From: Candidatus Omnitrophota bacterium | GTDB lineage: Bacteria > Omnitrophota > Gorgyraeia > Gygaellales > Profunditerraquicolaceae | Assembly: GCA_025453395.1 (NCBI GenBank) | Contig: JALOQK010000001.1 | Span: 74,244 to 138,243 of the forward strand | Direction: 5' to 3' | DNA length: 64,000 bases | Part shown: piece after piece, positions 8,638-17,846 of the stretch | Numbering within the stretch: the first letter of the stretch is position 1 | Layout of the letters: every line of letters starts with the position of its first letter | Position numbers and translations under genes: made by a program | The notes under the pieces: generated by a model | Seen by the model: the letters and a program-made list of their open reading frames with translations, nothing else | Told to the model about the DNA's origin: nothing | Database searches by the model: none

Positions 8638-11577
8638 ATGGCGCATATATTAAGAAATAAAAAAGCCTCGGCATTATTGCTTTCTATGATAACGATTATT
8701 TTTCTAATTAGCGTAACCGCGGCCGCGCTTTTGCGTTATATCACTGAACAAAAATCCACAAATTCAACCCTGGGCAGAATCAAAGGCATCTTTAACGCTG
8801 AAGAAGGCATTTACTATGCCTACGCGGAGCTTTCTAAAAATGCCTTTAACTGGGGCACACACGAATGGAAAAACTCTCAACTTCAGAAAATAGCCAATCC
8901 AACTTTCTCTGTTGCACAAGCTGGCTTTAATAACGACGGCTCATATTACGTGGCCAATCATAATTTTAAGGTGATTGTCTTCCCGGAATTAAGAACTGAC
9001 GGCTCTGAAACAAACGTAGTTATTGTCCGCTCACAGGGCCTTGATAATACAGCAGCCCCTTTGCGCACCATAGAGCTGCGCGTGAGCAAACAATCATTGT
9101 TTGATTATTTTTATTTCTTCCCCTATGACAAAACATTTTCTACCGCCACCTACGACGGCGCCGGTTACGGCAAAATGCACGCCAACGGTAATATTTATTT
9201 TTCCGGTAACCCTATTTTCATTAATCTGACGGAATTGAGCACCGCTGGAAAATTCGCCTTGTCCAACTCCCAATACGCTTCCCCCTATTCTTTTGACAAT
9301 AACAACACAACCATTGACGGAAAAGCGGATCTCTATGGATCATCTGCCCCCCCTTACGAATATTACCTGCCAAGCTCTTTATATAACCCGGGTTATTTTT
9401 TTAACGGAAACTACTATCCTTCAGCAAACAATAACGCGACAGTTGACGGAATAAAACTTCCTATAACATTAGCTACCTCTTGGAAATGGGACCAATACTC
9501 CGGGACAAAAACACAAGCAGAAGTGCCTGTTTCATTCACCGTTGATAACAATGCTCTTTCCTGGCTTGCCAGCAATAAAAGTTTTCTCCCCCCGGCTGAC
9601 TACGCTTCTTTTTCAGCAGCTGTAATAGACGGCACAACGGATAGCTTCTGGAACGCCTGGAAAGCCGCCAATTACACAGACGCAAATACAAGCACCACGG
9701 GAAACTTGGCAAGGGCTTATTGGACAACCTTTTTGGGGCCTACTTATATAAACAATTACGTGAATAACGAATGGTGGACAGATTTAGTTTATGGCAATGG
9801 CCGGACAACCGATGCGAGCTCGGATTTAATTGATGTCAATTTCCTGGACACATCGCAACAAACATCTGACTGGTCAAGCTGGCTATCAGGAAAAAAAGTT
9901 GATATCGTAAAACAGGATACTAACGCTACCGGAACTTTAGATTTGCAAGATATTCTAAAAGATAATTCCAACGGCGGGAAATACCTTACCCCTATAGACA
10001 TACAAACTGATTACAAGGCCAAGGCTTCTTCCGGAGGGATACTCTTAGGTCAAGTTGAAACAAGCGGATATACAGCATGGCTGAATCAACCAAGAACTTT
10101 TACATATTCAGGACATACGTTTAATTATACCATGCGCCAAGACGCAAATGTATATACTTGGGGAACCAACAGGGTAGAGTATATTACAGCTAAAGATGAT
10201 ACTGTTAACCGGTTCTGCGCGGCAGCAGGATATGATCAGGATTGCAGTGACTGCTATGATCTAAGAGATGCTTTTGAATCGGAATTAAGCAGTAATTATT
10301 ATGCCGGTGACGTTATGGGGTGGAACACTGAAGAATTGGAAGAAAAGGGTATTGTAAGCTTTAAAGAATTCTATAACCCGGTCAGGCCTGCCGGATCATC
10401 TTCTTATCTAAATGATTCACAAAATATTGCCTCAGCCAAGAAAACCAAAGCTTTAAATATTGACGTGGAGAAACTGCGCGCCTACCTGGCGGGCAAAGAT
10501 TATAACGGAATTATTTATGTGGAAACGCCAGACGAATCTGACCTTTCTTATGATTATTCGGTCTCTCTTACCAATGCCGGGATATTGCCGGAAAAAGGGT
10601 TAACACTGGTTACCCCGCATAATATTTACGTGAATGGAAGCTTTAACCTTGATTACACAAGAGACAGCGCGACTGAAGCATTCACTCATTATCAAGCAAC
10701 ACATACAGAGAACAACAGCAATGATTATAAATGGCGCAATGCCGCTCTTATAAGCACCAAACGCCTAATTTACACGGTGTCTGACCAATTCTTGGATTAT
10801 GCTGCAAACTTATCTTCTTTCTCAGATATCGCCTCATACCATTACTGGGAACCTAACAGCTCAAGCACATCTTATCCTTATTCATTAGGAAGCTTAAACT
10901 TTATCAATACTTACCTTAATGCTGCCGGGGTAACAGGAAACAATTCTCCGCAGGCGGTAAAAGACTTTTACGCCAAGTACCCGGGCCTAAGCATTCCCGG
11001 TTTATGGACACCTGCGGATATTGAATTCTTAAAATCTAAAGCTGTTTACGACCCCTCTGCGGCAACTGCCGCGAAAGCGCTTCTTGATGCCGGAGAACAA
11101 AATTATGCCACCGCAACTGAATCTAAACAACCCAACAGGGTACTTTATGATATAACTTATAACACCGCTATGGTCTCTGCTTATGACCCCAGCGGTTATA
11201 CCTTAGAGCGCTGGATTAACTCAAGCGGACAAACAGTAAAAAGAAACATTACCGGCGCGTTTATACAGCTTACTGCTGATAAACGCGCTTCTGTGCCATC
11301 AAACTATTCAATAAAAGTTGGAGGAAAATTTTGTTATCAAGTAGGGCCAGGATATGATTATTGGGGTTATTACAGATCTGGCAGGTTTGGGAGCAATCGA
11401 TACGTTCCGCAATTCTCCGACGCATATAACCCCATTTATAATTACGCTTATGAAATTAACTTCGCCAAGAATTCCGCAAGTGGAGCAAGTACCGGCCCCA
11501 TTGCCACAGGCAAAAAGAGTTGGATAGAACTTCCTAATAGCGACTTTTTCCCGGTAAAGAAAATATATTGCCCTTAA
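8638..11577 (+). CDS. Giant PilX-N-domain protein, putative pilus-tip adhesin (979 aa)
   Basis: N-terminus KKASALLLSMITIIFLISVTAAALLRYITEQKST...AEEGIYYAYAEL resembles the PilX_N domain. The rest is N/Y/S/T/G-rich with no catalytic motifs. Last gene of the minor-pilin operon. Confidence 0.6.
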   Translation: MAHILRNKKASALLLSMITIIFLISVTAAALLRYITEQKSTNSTLGRIKGIFNAEEGIYYAYAELSKNAFNWGTHEWKNSQLQKIANPTFSVAQAGFNNDGSYYVANHNFKVIVFPELRTDGSETNVVIVRSQGLDNTAAPLRTIELRVSKQSLFDYFYFFPYDKTFSTATYDGAGYGKMHANGNIYFSGNPIFINLTELSTAGKFALSNSQYASPYSFDNNNTTIDGKADLYGSSAPPYEYYLPSSLYNPGYFFNGNYYPSANNNATVDGIKLPITLATSWKWDQYSGTKTQAEVPVSFTVDNNALSWLASNKSFLPPADYASFSAAVIDGTTDSFWNAWKAANYTDANTSTTGNLARAYWTTFLGPTYINNYVNNEWWTDLVYGNGRTTDASSDLIDVNFLDTSQQTSDWSSWLSGKKVDIVKQDTNATGTLDLQDILKDNSNGGKYLTPIDIQTDYKAKASSGGILLGQVETSGYTAWLNQPRTFTYSGHTFNYTMRQDANVYTWGTNRVEYITAKDDTVNRFCAAAGYDQDCSDCYDLRDAFESELSSNYYAGDVMGWNTEELEEKGIVSFKEFYNPVRPAGSSSYLNDSQNIASAKKTKALNIDVEKLRAYLAGKDYNGIIYVETPDESDLSYDYSVSLTNAGILPEKGLTLVTPHNIYVNGSFNLDYTRDSATEAFTHYQATHTENNSNDYKWRNAALISTKRLIYTVSDQFLDYAANLSSFSDIASYHYWEPNSSSTSYPYSLGSLNFINTYLNAAGVTGNNSPQAVKDFYAKYPGLSIPGLWTPADIEFLKSKAVYDPSAATAAKALLDAGEQNYATATESKQPNRVLYDITYNTAMVSAYDPSGYTLERWINSSGQTVKRNITGAFIQLTADKRASVPSNYSIKVGGKFCYQVGPGYDYWGYYRSGRFGSNRYVPQFSDAYNPIYNYAYEINFAKNSASGASTGPIATGKKSWIELPNSDFFPVKKIYCP

Positions 11578-11580
11578 AAA

Positions 11581-11660
11581 AATAAAGGGGACGGTTCAAA
11601 ATAAAGGGGACGGTTCAAAATAAAGGGGACGGTTCTATTAAATAGAGCCGTCCCCATATT
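11581..11660. terminator. Bidirectional rho-independent terminator with triplicated 19-bp left arm
   Basis: (aataaaggggacggttcaa)x3 then ttaaa tagagccgtcccc; hairpin GGGGACGGTTCTA/TAGAGCCGTCCCC flanked by an A-run upstream and T-run downstream. Lies between convergent genes. Confidence 0.7.
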
Positions 11661-11677
11661 TTTGTTTTTACCTGTTT

Positions 11678-11860
11678 TTAGCTTACCTTAATCGCGTTTA
11701 CCGGACACTGATCAGCTACTTCCGCAAGATTATGGATAGAGCAAACTTGCGCTTTGACATGCGCTAACCCGTCACCCTGCACTTGAAAAACTTCCGGACA
11801 AGACTGCTCGCACAAACCACAACCCACACAAGTTGATGTATCTACTGTTACCTTGGCCAT
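11678..11860 (-). CDS. 4Fe-4S ferredoxin (single-cluster, about 60 aa)
   Basis: CVGCGLCEQSCP ... C ... CP; same size and pattern as Thermotoga/Pyrococcus-type ferredoxins. Confidence 0.8.
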   Translation of the reverse strand: MAKVTVDTSTCVGCGLCEQSCPEVFQVQGDGLAHVKAQVCSIHNLAEVADQCPVNAIKVS

Positions 11861-11960
11861 TTCTTCTTAACCTCCCCTTTTCAGTTTTCAGCTTTCAGTC
11901 TTCAGCTTTCAGCCGTCAGCAAAAGCTTTAAGCTAATAGCTGACAGCTGATGGCTGATAC
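11861..11960. repeat. Heptad-repeat palindrome (TTCAGCT x5 ... GCTGACAGCTGATGGCTGA), family F
   Basis: ttcagtt ttcagct ttcagtc ttcagct ttcagcc gtcagc | loop | gctgacagctgatggctga; a related element lies at 47305-47351. Confidence 0.65.
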
Positions 11961-12439
11961 TATCTTTCTAACAAATTCTCAAACATTTCTTCGTGTGTCA
12001 CTTCTTCAGAGATTATATGCGAAATAAGATTGTAAGTAACGTGATCTTTGCCAAATGTTTTCTTTAAAATTTTGTGGTACACTTCTATCGCGCCTTGTTC
12101 GGCTTCAGTAACAATACGAATGATCCGGTTGATATCAGCGCTATTCTTGGGAGGCATGGCATATGGGGCATTGGCGTTTTTCTCCAACTCTATAGGATTG
12201 GCAATCGGCACCCCGCCTAATTTTGTGATAAGATCCGCTAGTTCTCCCGCGTGCTCAAGTTCGTCCTTAGCTACCTTCTCCAGCATCTCCTGCATATCTT
12301 CATAGGCCTTGCCGGAAACTATTCTTGCCATATACCAATAAAGGTAAAATGCCAGCCATTCATCCGCGTAGGCCTTATTCAAGTCATGCACTAATTCTTT
12401 AAGGCTTAAATCCACAATTGACCTTGCCTGTTTTCCCAT
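11960..12439 (-). CDS. Ferritin-like diiron protein (bacterioferritin/Dps-like family)
   Basis: 159 aa with paired E..H ligand motifs (DELEHA, EEVTHEE) at ferritin-like spacing. Confidence 0.55.
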   Translation of the reverse strand: MGKQARSIVDLSLKELVHDLNKAYADEWLAFYLYWYMARIVSGKAYEDMQEMLEKVAKDELEHAGELADLITKLGGVPIANPIELEKNANAPYAMPPKNSADINRIIRIVTEAEQGAIEVYHKILKKTFGKDHVTYNLISHIISEEVTHEEMFENLLER

Positions 12440-12464
12440 ATCTACTACCCCCTTTTGCGCTGCT

Positions 12465-13334
12465 TTAAGCCTTCAGTCCGTACTTAGCGATATTGTTATC
12501 TGCTATGGCCTGAATCTTTCTTATCTCTTCCGGATTATTCAGAAGATGCTTGAACCTGCCTTGCACCTTAAGATATTCCTCTACCGGCTTAGGCTGGATT
12601 TTACGCACTTGCGCCAAGACGCCATTCTCATATTCAATTAAAGGATAAAGCCCGGTTTCTACTGCTAACTTGCCAACCTCGAGGGTCATAGAAGATTCAT
12701 GTCTCCAGCCTAAAGGACAGGGGACATGAATTTGCATATATTTTGGCCCCTTGATGCTTAAGGCCTTTTTAACTTTGCGCTGTATATCTTGCGGCAAACT
12801 AGCTGATGCTGTAGCAACATAAGGGATCCCATGAGCCACGGCAATTTCCGGCATAGGTTTCTTGGGACGGATATTGCCCGTGGAACCAGCGCCTATGGGG
12901 CTGGTGGTAGTATTAGTATCAAAAGGCGTCAAACCGCTTCTCTGGACACCGGTATTCATATAAGCTTCATTATCATAACAAACATATAAAATATCATGGC
13001 CTCTTTCCAGCATCCCGGAAAGAGCCTGCAGGCCAATATCTGCTGTTCCTCCGTCACCTGCCTGAGCGATAACATTAATATTATCTTTCTTGCCTAAATA
13101 TTTCAGGCCTGCCTCTACTCCGGAAGCCACCGCCGCGCAGTTTTCAAATAAAGAATGCATCCAGGGAATTTCCCAGGCTGATTCCGGAAATTTAGTAGAA
13201 AAAACCTCAAGGCACCCGGTATTATTTACTACCATGGTATTCTTACCGGCAGTATCAATTACCATTCGGGCGGCTAATGCCTGGCCGCATCCGGCGCAAG
13301 CAGTATGCCCACAAGCTAAAAGGCTATTGCTCAT
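12465..13334 (-). CDS. porB: Pyruvate:ferredoxin oxidoreductase beta subunit (TPP-binding)
   Basis: CAGCG, GDGG and YVCYDNEAYMNTG motifs of the PFOR/2-oxoacid:ferredoxin oxidoreductase beta subunit. Confidence 0.85.
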   Translation of the reverse strand: MSNSLLACGHTACAGCGQALAARMVIDTAGKNTMVVNNTGCLEVFSTKFPESAWEIPWMHSLFENCAAVASGVEAGLKYLGKKDNINVIAQAGDGGTADIGLQALSGMLERGHDILYVCYDNEAYMNTGVQRSGLTPFDTNTTTSPIGAGSTGNIRPKKPMPEIAVAHGIPYVATASASLPQDIQRKVKKALSIKGPKYMQIHVPCPLGWRHESSMTLEVGKLAVETGLYPLIEYENGVLAQVRKIQPKPVEEYLKVQGRFKHLLNNPEEIRKIQAIADNNIAKYGLKA

Positions 13335-14508
13335 AACTCTCCTTCAAAAGTTCGGGCTTTAAATCAATAAAATCGCCGTTTAATTCTTTAGCAGTCAAAA
13401 GGCGGAAAATTTCTTTTATGGACTCCCTGGTGATATCTCTTCCGCCAAGGCCTAAGACAAAACTGCTTATTACTTTAGGCGCTTTCTTCTTTCCGCAAAA
13501 GGCAGCTTTTACCTCCGCGGCAATAGGAGCAAACGATCCTAAAGATACGGATTTATCTACTATTGCTACTTTCTTGGCATTCTTCAACGCCTCGCAGACA
13601 GCCTGCGCCGGGAAGGGGCGGAAAGTGGTAATTTTTAACAAGCCCACTTTCTTGCCCTTTGACCTTAACTGATCAATAGTATCTTTTATTGTCCCGCATA
13701 CAGAGCCCATGGCCACGATCACCCGTTCAGCGTCTTCAAGCTGGTATCCTTCAACTAAGCCGTTATAATTTCTGCCGAATGCCTTGCCAAAATCAGCAAA
13801 TACCTTAGGTATGAATTCTAAAGCCTTTTCATGGGTTTTATGAAGGGCATACCGGGTCTCAAGGTAAGAATCGGGATCCACTAAGGGGCCTAAAGTCATT
13901 GGGTTATCCACATCTAATTTATATAATGCCTTATATGAAGGCAAGAATTTATCAACTGTTGCCTGATCCGGAATATCCACTGTTTCTATCCCGTGGGTTA
14001 GGATAAAACCGTCCATGCACACCATTACCGGAAGCATCATCCCGGCATCTTCAGCAATGCGATAAGCCAAAACATGAAAATCCACTGCTTCCTGCACGTC
14101 TTCAGCGTAAAACTGGATCCATCCGGCGTCCCTTAAAGAAATGGAATCCTGCTGGTCGTTCCAGATATTGATCGGAGCGGAGATCGCGCGGTTAGCGCAG
14201 GTCATTACTACCGGCAGCCTCATTCCCGCAATATTAAAAACTACCTCTGCCATCAAGAAAAGCCCTTGGGAGCTTGTGGCGGTATAAGAACGCACCCCTG
14301 TTGCGGATGCGCCCAAGACTACCGAAGCTGCCGAATGCTCTGATTCCACATTCACAAACTCTGCTTTAAGTTTTCCATCGGCGACTATCTGGGCCAAATC
14401 TTCCACAATATGCGTCTGGGGAGTAATCGGATACGCCGAAATAACTCCGGGCCTGCATAATTTAACGATCTCTGCTATAGCGTGAGAGCCTTCAATAAAT
14501 TCTTTCAT
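13324..14508 (-). CDS. porA: Pyruvate:ferredoxin oxidoreductase alpha subunit
   Basis: 394 aa, typical PorA N-terminus (EGSHAIAE...CRPGVISAYPITPQT), overlaps porB. Confidence 0.85.
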   Translation of the reverse strand: MKEFIEGSHAIAEIVKLCRPGVISAYPITPQTHIVEDLAQIVADGKLKAEFVNVESEHSAASVVLGASATGVRSYTATSSQGLFLMAEVVFNIAGMRLPVVMTCANRAISAPINIWNDQQDSISLRDAGWIQFYAEDVQEAVDFHVLAYRIAEDAGMMLPVMVCMDGFILTHGIETVDIPDQATVDKFLPSYKALYKLDVDNPMTLGPLVDPDSYLETRYALHKTHEKALEFIPKVFADFGKAFGRNYNGLVEGYQLEDAERVIVAMGSVCGTIKDTIDQLRSKGKKVGLLKITTFRPFPAQAVCEALKNAKKVAIVDKSVSLGSFAPIAAEVKAAFCGKKKAPKVISSFVLGLGGRDITRESIKEIFRLLTAKELNGDFIDLKPELLKESYEQ

Positions 14509-14509
14509 C

Positions 14510-14773
14510 TTATTCCTTGGCCTCTTCTTTGATCATTACGATATCTTTCTTAGGGCAAATTGCCGCGCAATTGCCGCAGCCTTTACAATACAACAAATCG
14601 CAATTATAGGTATTCTTGGCGCTGCCGGTAATGCATCCTTCGGGACAGATCAATAAACACATCTTACAGCCAATACAATCTTTTTGTAAGAATTTGGGCT
14701 TTACTTCTGTCCTCCAGGAACCGGTCTTATTATCCCTGCTTTTGCCGGATTTACAAATTAACGGACCAAACAT
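14510..14773 (-). CDS. porD: Pyruvate:ferredoxin oxidoreductase delta subunit (2x[4Fe-4S] ferredoxin)
   Basis: CIGCKMCLLICP and CKGCGNCAAICP motifs; position between porG and porA. Confidence 0.85.
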   Translation of the reverse strand: MFGPLICKSGKSRDNKTGSWRTEVKPKFLQKDCIGCKMCLLICPEGCITGSAKNTYNCDLLYCKGCGNCAAICPKKDIVMIKEEAKE

Positions 14774-14781
14774 TCATACTC

Positions 14782-15321
14782 CTATTTTTTAATGAAAGAA
14801 AAACCCTGTTTCACCGCTTCAATATTGCCCTCAAGCGCCTTACCGGAAAAACGGTGTTTTACTGCTTCCAAAAGCGCGTCTAACTCTAATTCACCAGTAG
14901 CCGCGCAAAAAGCCCCCAATAAAGCGGTATTACCTAAGGGCCGTCCAATAGTCTTTAAAGCAATGTCATTGGCCGGGATCACATAAAGCTTCTGGCGGGC
15001 ATTAAGCTTAGGGATCTCCACGCCTTCTTTTTGGTTAATTATAGCAATGCCACTATCTTTTAAGCCTGCGAAACAATTAAAACCTCTTAAAAGCGTGGCA
15101 TCCATGATTAAAAGGTAATCCGGCTCATATATTTGGCTGCGCAGGCGCACAGGTTTAGCATCAACCCTGACAAAGGCGTTCATAGGAGCGCCCATTCTGG
15201 CCGCGCCAAAATGCGGAAAAGCGTAAGGATACATCCCCTTTAAAAAGTAGGCATCCCCTAACAAGGCCGCGGTAGTAATTGCCCCCTGCCCGGCACGGGC
15301 ATGGATCCTGATCTCTTTCAT
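14782..15321 (-). CDS. porG: Pyruvate:ferredoxin oxidoreductase gamma subunit
   Basis: 179 aa, N-terminus EIRIHARAGQGAITTA typical of PorG; first gene of the porGDAB operon. Confidence 0.85.
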   Translation of the reverse strand: MKEIRIHARAGQGAITTAALLGDAYFLKGMYPYAFPHFGAARMGAPMNAFVRVDAKPVRLRSQIYEPDYLLIMDATLLRGFNCFAGLKDSGIAIINQKEGVEIPKLNARQKLYVIPANDIALKTIGRPLGNTALLGAFCAATGELELDALLEAVKHRFSGKALEGNIEAVKQGFSFIKK

Positions 15322-15401
15322 TTTACAATAAACTCCTTAATGGATAATTTGGAAAACGAGAGTATCAATATACCTTCTCCTAAAGCCTTTGTCAACTATT
15401 T

Positions 15402-16433
15402 TTAATTTGGCCTTATCAGGCCGGAAACTTCAGAAAGAAGCTTCAAAACCCCTGAAGCATCTTGTGCAGACAAAGTCCCTAAACCGCAGCTTGGGGAGAT
15501 AAGAAGGTTTTCTAAAAGCGCTTGTTTGTCTAAGCCTTTCCTGAAAAAGGCCTCTATGCCTTTATTGATCTTCTCTGCCAAGAAAGAAGCCTTCATATCA
15601 GAGCTATACCCTTGAGCCGGCACAATGCCCCAACAAAGGATCCTCTCCTGCTTTAAAAAATTTTCTATTTCCGGGCTATACAAAATAAGCTTATCCAAGA
15701 AGCCGAAAGCGTCAAAATTTATGATTTTCAGGCTGTTGATTTGAGTAAATATGGACCAATCGGTATTGCCGCAGCAATGCACCCCCGGCAATATCCCCGC
15801 CTGGGCTAAACAATCGCAAAATTCGGATAGTGTTGCTACCACGCTTTCCCGCCCCAGCGCGGAATAAGCTGAACCAAAACAGGCCAGATAAGGCTCATCA
15901 ATGAATAAAATAACCGGCTTGCCGAATTCCTCAAGGAATTGCGCCTGCCACAATGCCTTCATTAAAAGGCCTTGGGTAATCGCCTGCATAAAAACCTGAT
16001 CATGTAGAAGTATGACGCCTTTTTCATCTTTGATGCTGGCGGCCATAGTAAACGGCCCGGTAACATGGCACTTTAAGAAAGAAACCCCGCTTAGATCTGT
16101 TTTCTTCAGGCGCTTTCTAAAGGCATATAACCCGCTGGCATAGGCTTCGGAAATGGCAAAATATGCCATCTGTTTACTTATTATCTTCTCGTAAAATACT
16201 TCTAACTCTTTTTCTTTATTTTCCGGAGAGAAAATTACCCCTTCAGCACTGGTCTTAATGCAGGGCAGGCCTTCAATAAACTGCGCGGTCATGCCTTCAC
16301 GCGCGTCTTTCTTAGGAAGCTGCGGCCAAAAAGGTATTTGAGGGGCGTATTGAAAAACTAAATCCAGGGCTTCTTGCGGGTCTTTATAGGGGAGGCTTCC
16401 TATTCCGGTTGCTAAACCTTTAATATTCTTCAC
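15402..16433 (-). CDS. Cobalamin-independent methionine synthase (MetE C-terminal-domain-like / URO-D-like TIM barrel), short form
   Basis: 343 aa; IGSLPY near the N-terminus, VHCCGN and C-terminal PSCGLG resemble the Zn-ligand motifs of the short (archaeal-type) MetE. Confidence 0.5.
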   Translation of the reverse strand: MKNIKGLATGIGSLPYKDPQEALDLVFQYAPQIPFWPQLPKKDAREGMTAQFIEGLPCIKTSAEGVIFSPENKEKELEVFYEKIISKQMAYFAISEAYASGLYAFRKRLKKTDLSGVSFLKCHVTGPFTMAASIKDEKGVILLHDQVFMQAITQGLLMKALWQAQFLEEFGKPVILFIDEPYLACFGSAYSALGRESVVATLSEFCDCLAQAGILPGVHCCGNTDWSIFTQINSLKIINFDAFGFLDKLILYSPEIENFLKQERILCWGIVPAQGYSSDMKASFLAEKINKGIEAFFRKGLDKQALLENLLISPSCGLGTLSAQDASGVLKLLSEVSGLIRPN

Positions 16434-16894
16434 ATCTGCTCCCTTTGCAAGCCTCCGCTTGGCTTTATTTCCACAAGCTCTTTAACCTCTATTCTTAAAA
16501 CCACAAATTTTTCTGGTATGGCAAGCTCAAAGCTAGAGTGTTTCTTGCCCTTGGAAATTCCTTCAATAATACGGCTAGCAGAGAGGCTTACCTGCTTTTG
16601 GGAAAGCTCATGAAATATCTTCTCATACTCATGGCCGTTTTCTAAGATATGCGCCTTGCCGTTTAACTGATAGCCCAAAAGTGTTTCAGTATCCATAAAG
16701 GAAAGCGATATCAGAGGATTTACCTTCAGATTCTCCCAAGTAGTCCCAATAGTATAATCAATAAGATAAATAAAATTCCCCTCACACTTAAGTATAAATT
16801 TCGGGGCGGCGTTGGGCTTGCCCTTAAGGCTTGAGGTTGCAACGCTTATAAATTCTTTTTGCTTAAGCAATCCCCTGATCTTTTCCGGAAGCAT
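16430..16894 (-). CDS. Pyridoxamine 5'-phosphate oxidase-related FMN-binding protein
   Basis: 154 aa split-barrel-type sequence (FISVATSS..GKPNAAPKF..EGNFIYL). Confidence 0.55.
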   Translation of the reverse strand: MLPEKIRGLLKQKEFISVATSSLKGKPNAAPKFILKCEGNFIYLIDYTIGTTWENLKVNPLISLSFMDTETLLGYQLNGKAHILENGHEYEKIFHELSQKQVSLSASRIIEGISKGKKHSSFELAIPEKFVVLRIEVKELVEIKPSGGLQREQM

Positions 16895-16897
16895 ATT

Positions 16898-17197
16898 CTA
16901 AAATCCCGGCAGGGCTAGCCCGCTTATATCCTTCATCTTGCTGGCGGCTATTTCCTGCGCGCGCTTGATCGCGCGGTTGTATGTATCCTTTATCGCCTGT
17001 TCTAATTTACCCTTGTCCACCTTACTATAGGAATCAGCTAAAATCACATCTTTAATTTCCTGCGCGGCATTCATAACCACTTTAAAAACGCCGTCAGAGC
17101 TTGAAACTTCAAAGGTTGCCTGCTCCAGCTGCTTCTTAAGTTCCTGAACTTTCTTTTGCAAATCCATCATCTGTTTCATTTTATCAAACATGAGCAA
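16898..17197 (-). CDS. ybaB: Nucleoid-associated protein YbaB/EbfC
   Basis: 99 aa, MxxMMxxxQKxQ N-terminus, coiled coil, C-terminal GLPGF. Confidence 0.85.
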   Translation of the reverse strand: MLMFDKMKQMMDLQKKVQELKKQLEQATFEVSSSDGVFKVVMNAAQEIKDVILADSYSKVDKGKLEQAIKDTYNRAIKRAQEIAASKMKDISGLALPGF

Positions 17198-17816
17198 CTT
17201 CTCCTTGTTCCAATTTACGATAAATATAGGCGTAGGCTAAAGAAGTAAGCGGAATAGTCACTAAAAGCCCTACCACCAGGCACAATAATCCGGCGATGTT
17301 TACAAGAACTGTTAGCAAGGCGAATAAGAAAAGCTGCCATTTCTGCCCGCGAGTTATCCGGGAACTCTCTTTTAAAGCCTGCATGGGGCCGGTTTTCTTA
17401 TCTACTATAAAATATGCGAAAAACTGCAGCTGTAACCCAAGGATAATTCCCGGCACAATCAAAACAATGATACCGCCTATTACCGCTAAAGTCATAAGAA
17501 TGGCGCTTAATAGATAGGGGAAGAACTGCTTGGCGCAGGAAAATAAATCGTCAAAATCAGCTTTCTGCTTGTCATAAAATTTAAGCGCTATCTTTATGAA
17601 TCCCATGCCTACGATCATGCTCAAAATGTTGGAAATAAGGCTGAAAATAAAAGAAATAACCGGGTATGTTTTCTCGGTGACGCTGCTGACGAATGCCGGC
17701 ACATAAACCACCACAAACACTACAAGGCTTAAGCCAATAAAGAAACCAATATTGCCGGTTACAGTTTCCCAGCCAAACTTCAAAGCTTGCTTTTTAGAAA
17801 ATTTTCTTTCTTCCAC
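17184..17816 (-). CDS. Polytopic membrane protein, unknown function
   Basis: Four to five predicted TM helices; no catalytic motif recognised. Confidence 0.5.
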   Translation of the reverse strand: MEERKFSKKQALKFGWETVTGNIGFFIGLSLVVFVVVYVPAFVSSVTEKTYPVISFIFSLISNILSMIVGMGFIKIALKFYDKQKADFDDLFSCAKQFFPYLLSAILMTLAVIGGIIVLIVPGIILGLQLQFFAYFIVDKKTGPMQALKESSRITRGQKWQLFLFALLTVLVNIAGLLCLVVGLLVTIPLTSLAYAYIYRKLEQGEVAHV

Positions 17817-17846
17817 GCTGGCCTCCTATTTGCTGTTATTTATGCG

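Noticed and set aside
11581-11640. Possible mini-CRISPR or tandem coding repeat (19-bp x3)
   Set aside because: No spacers. The repeat is the 5' arm of a terminator hairpin between convergent genes.
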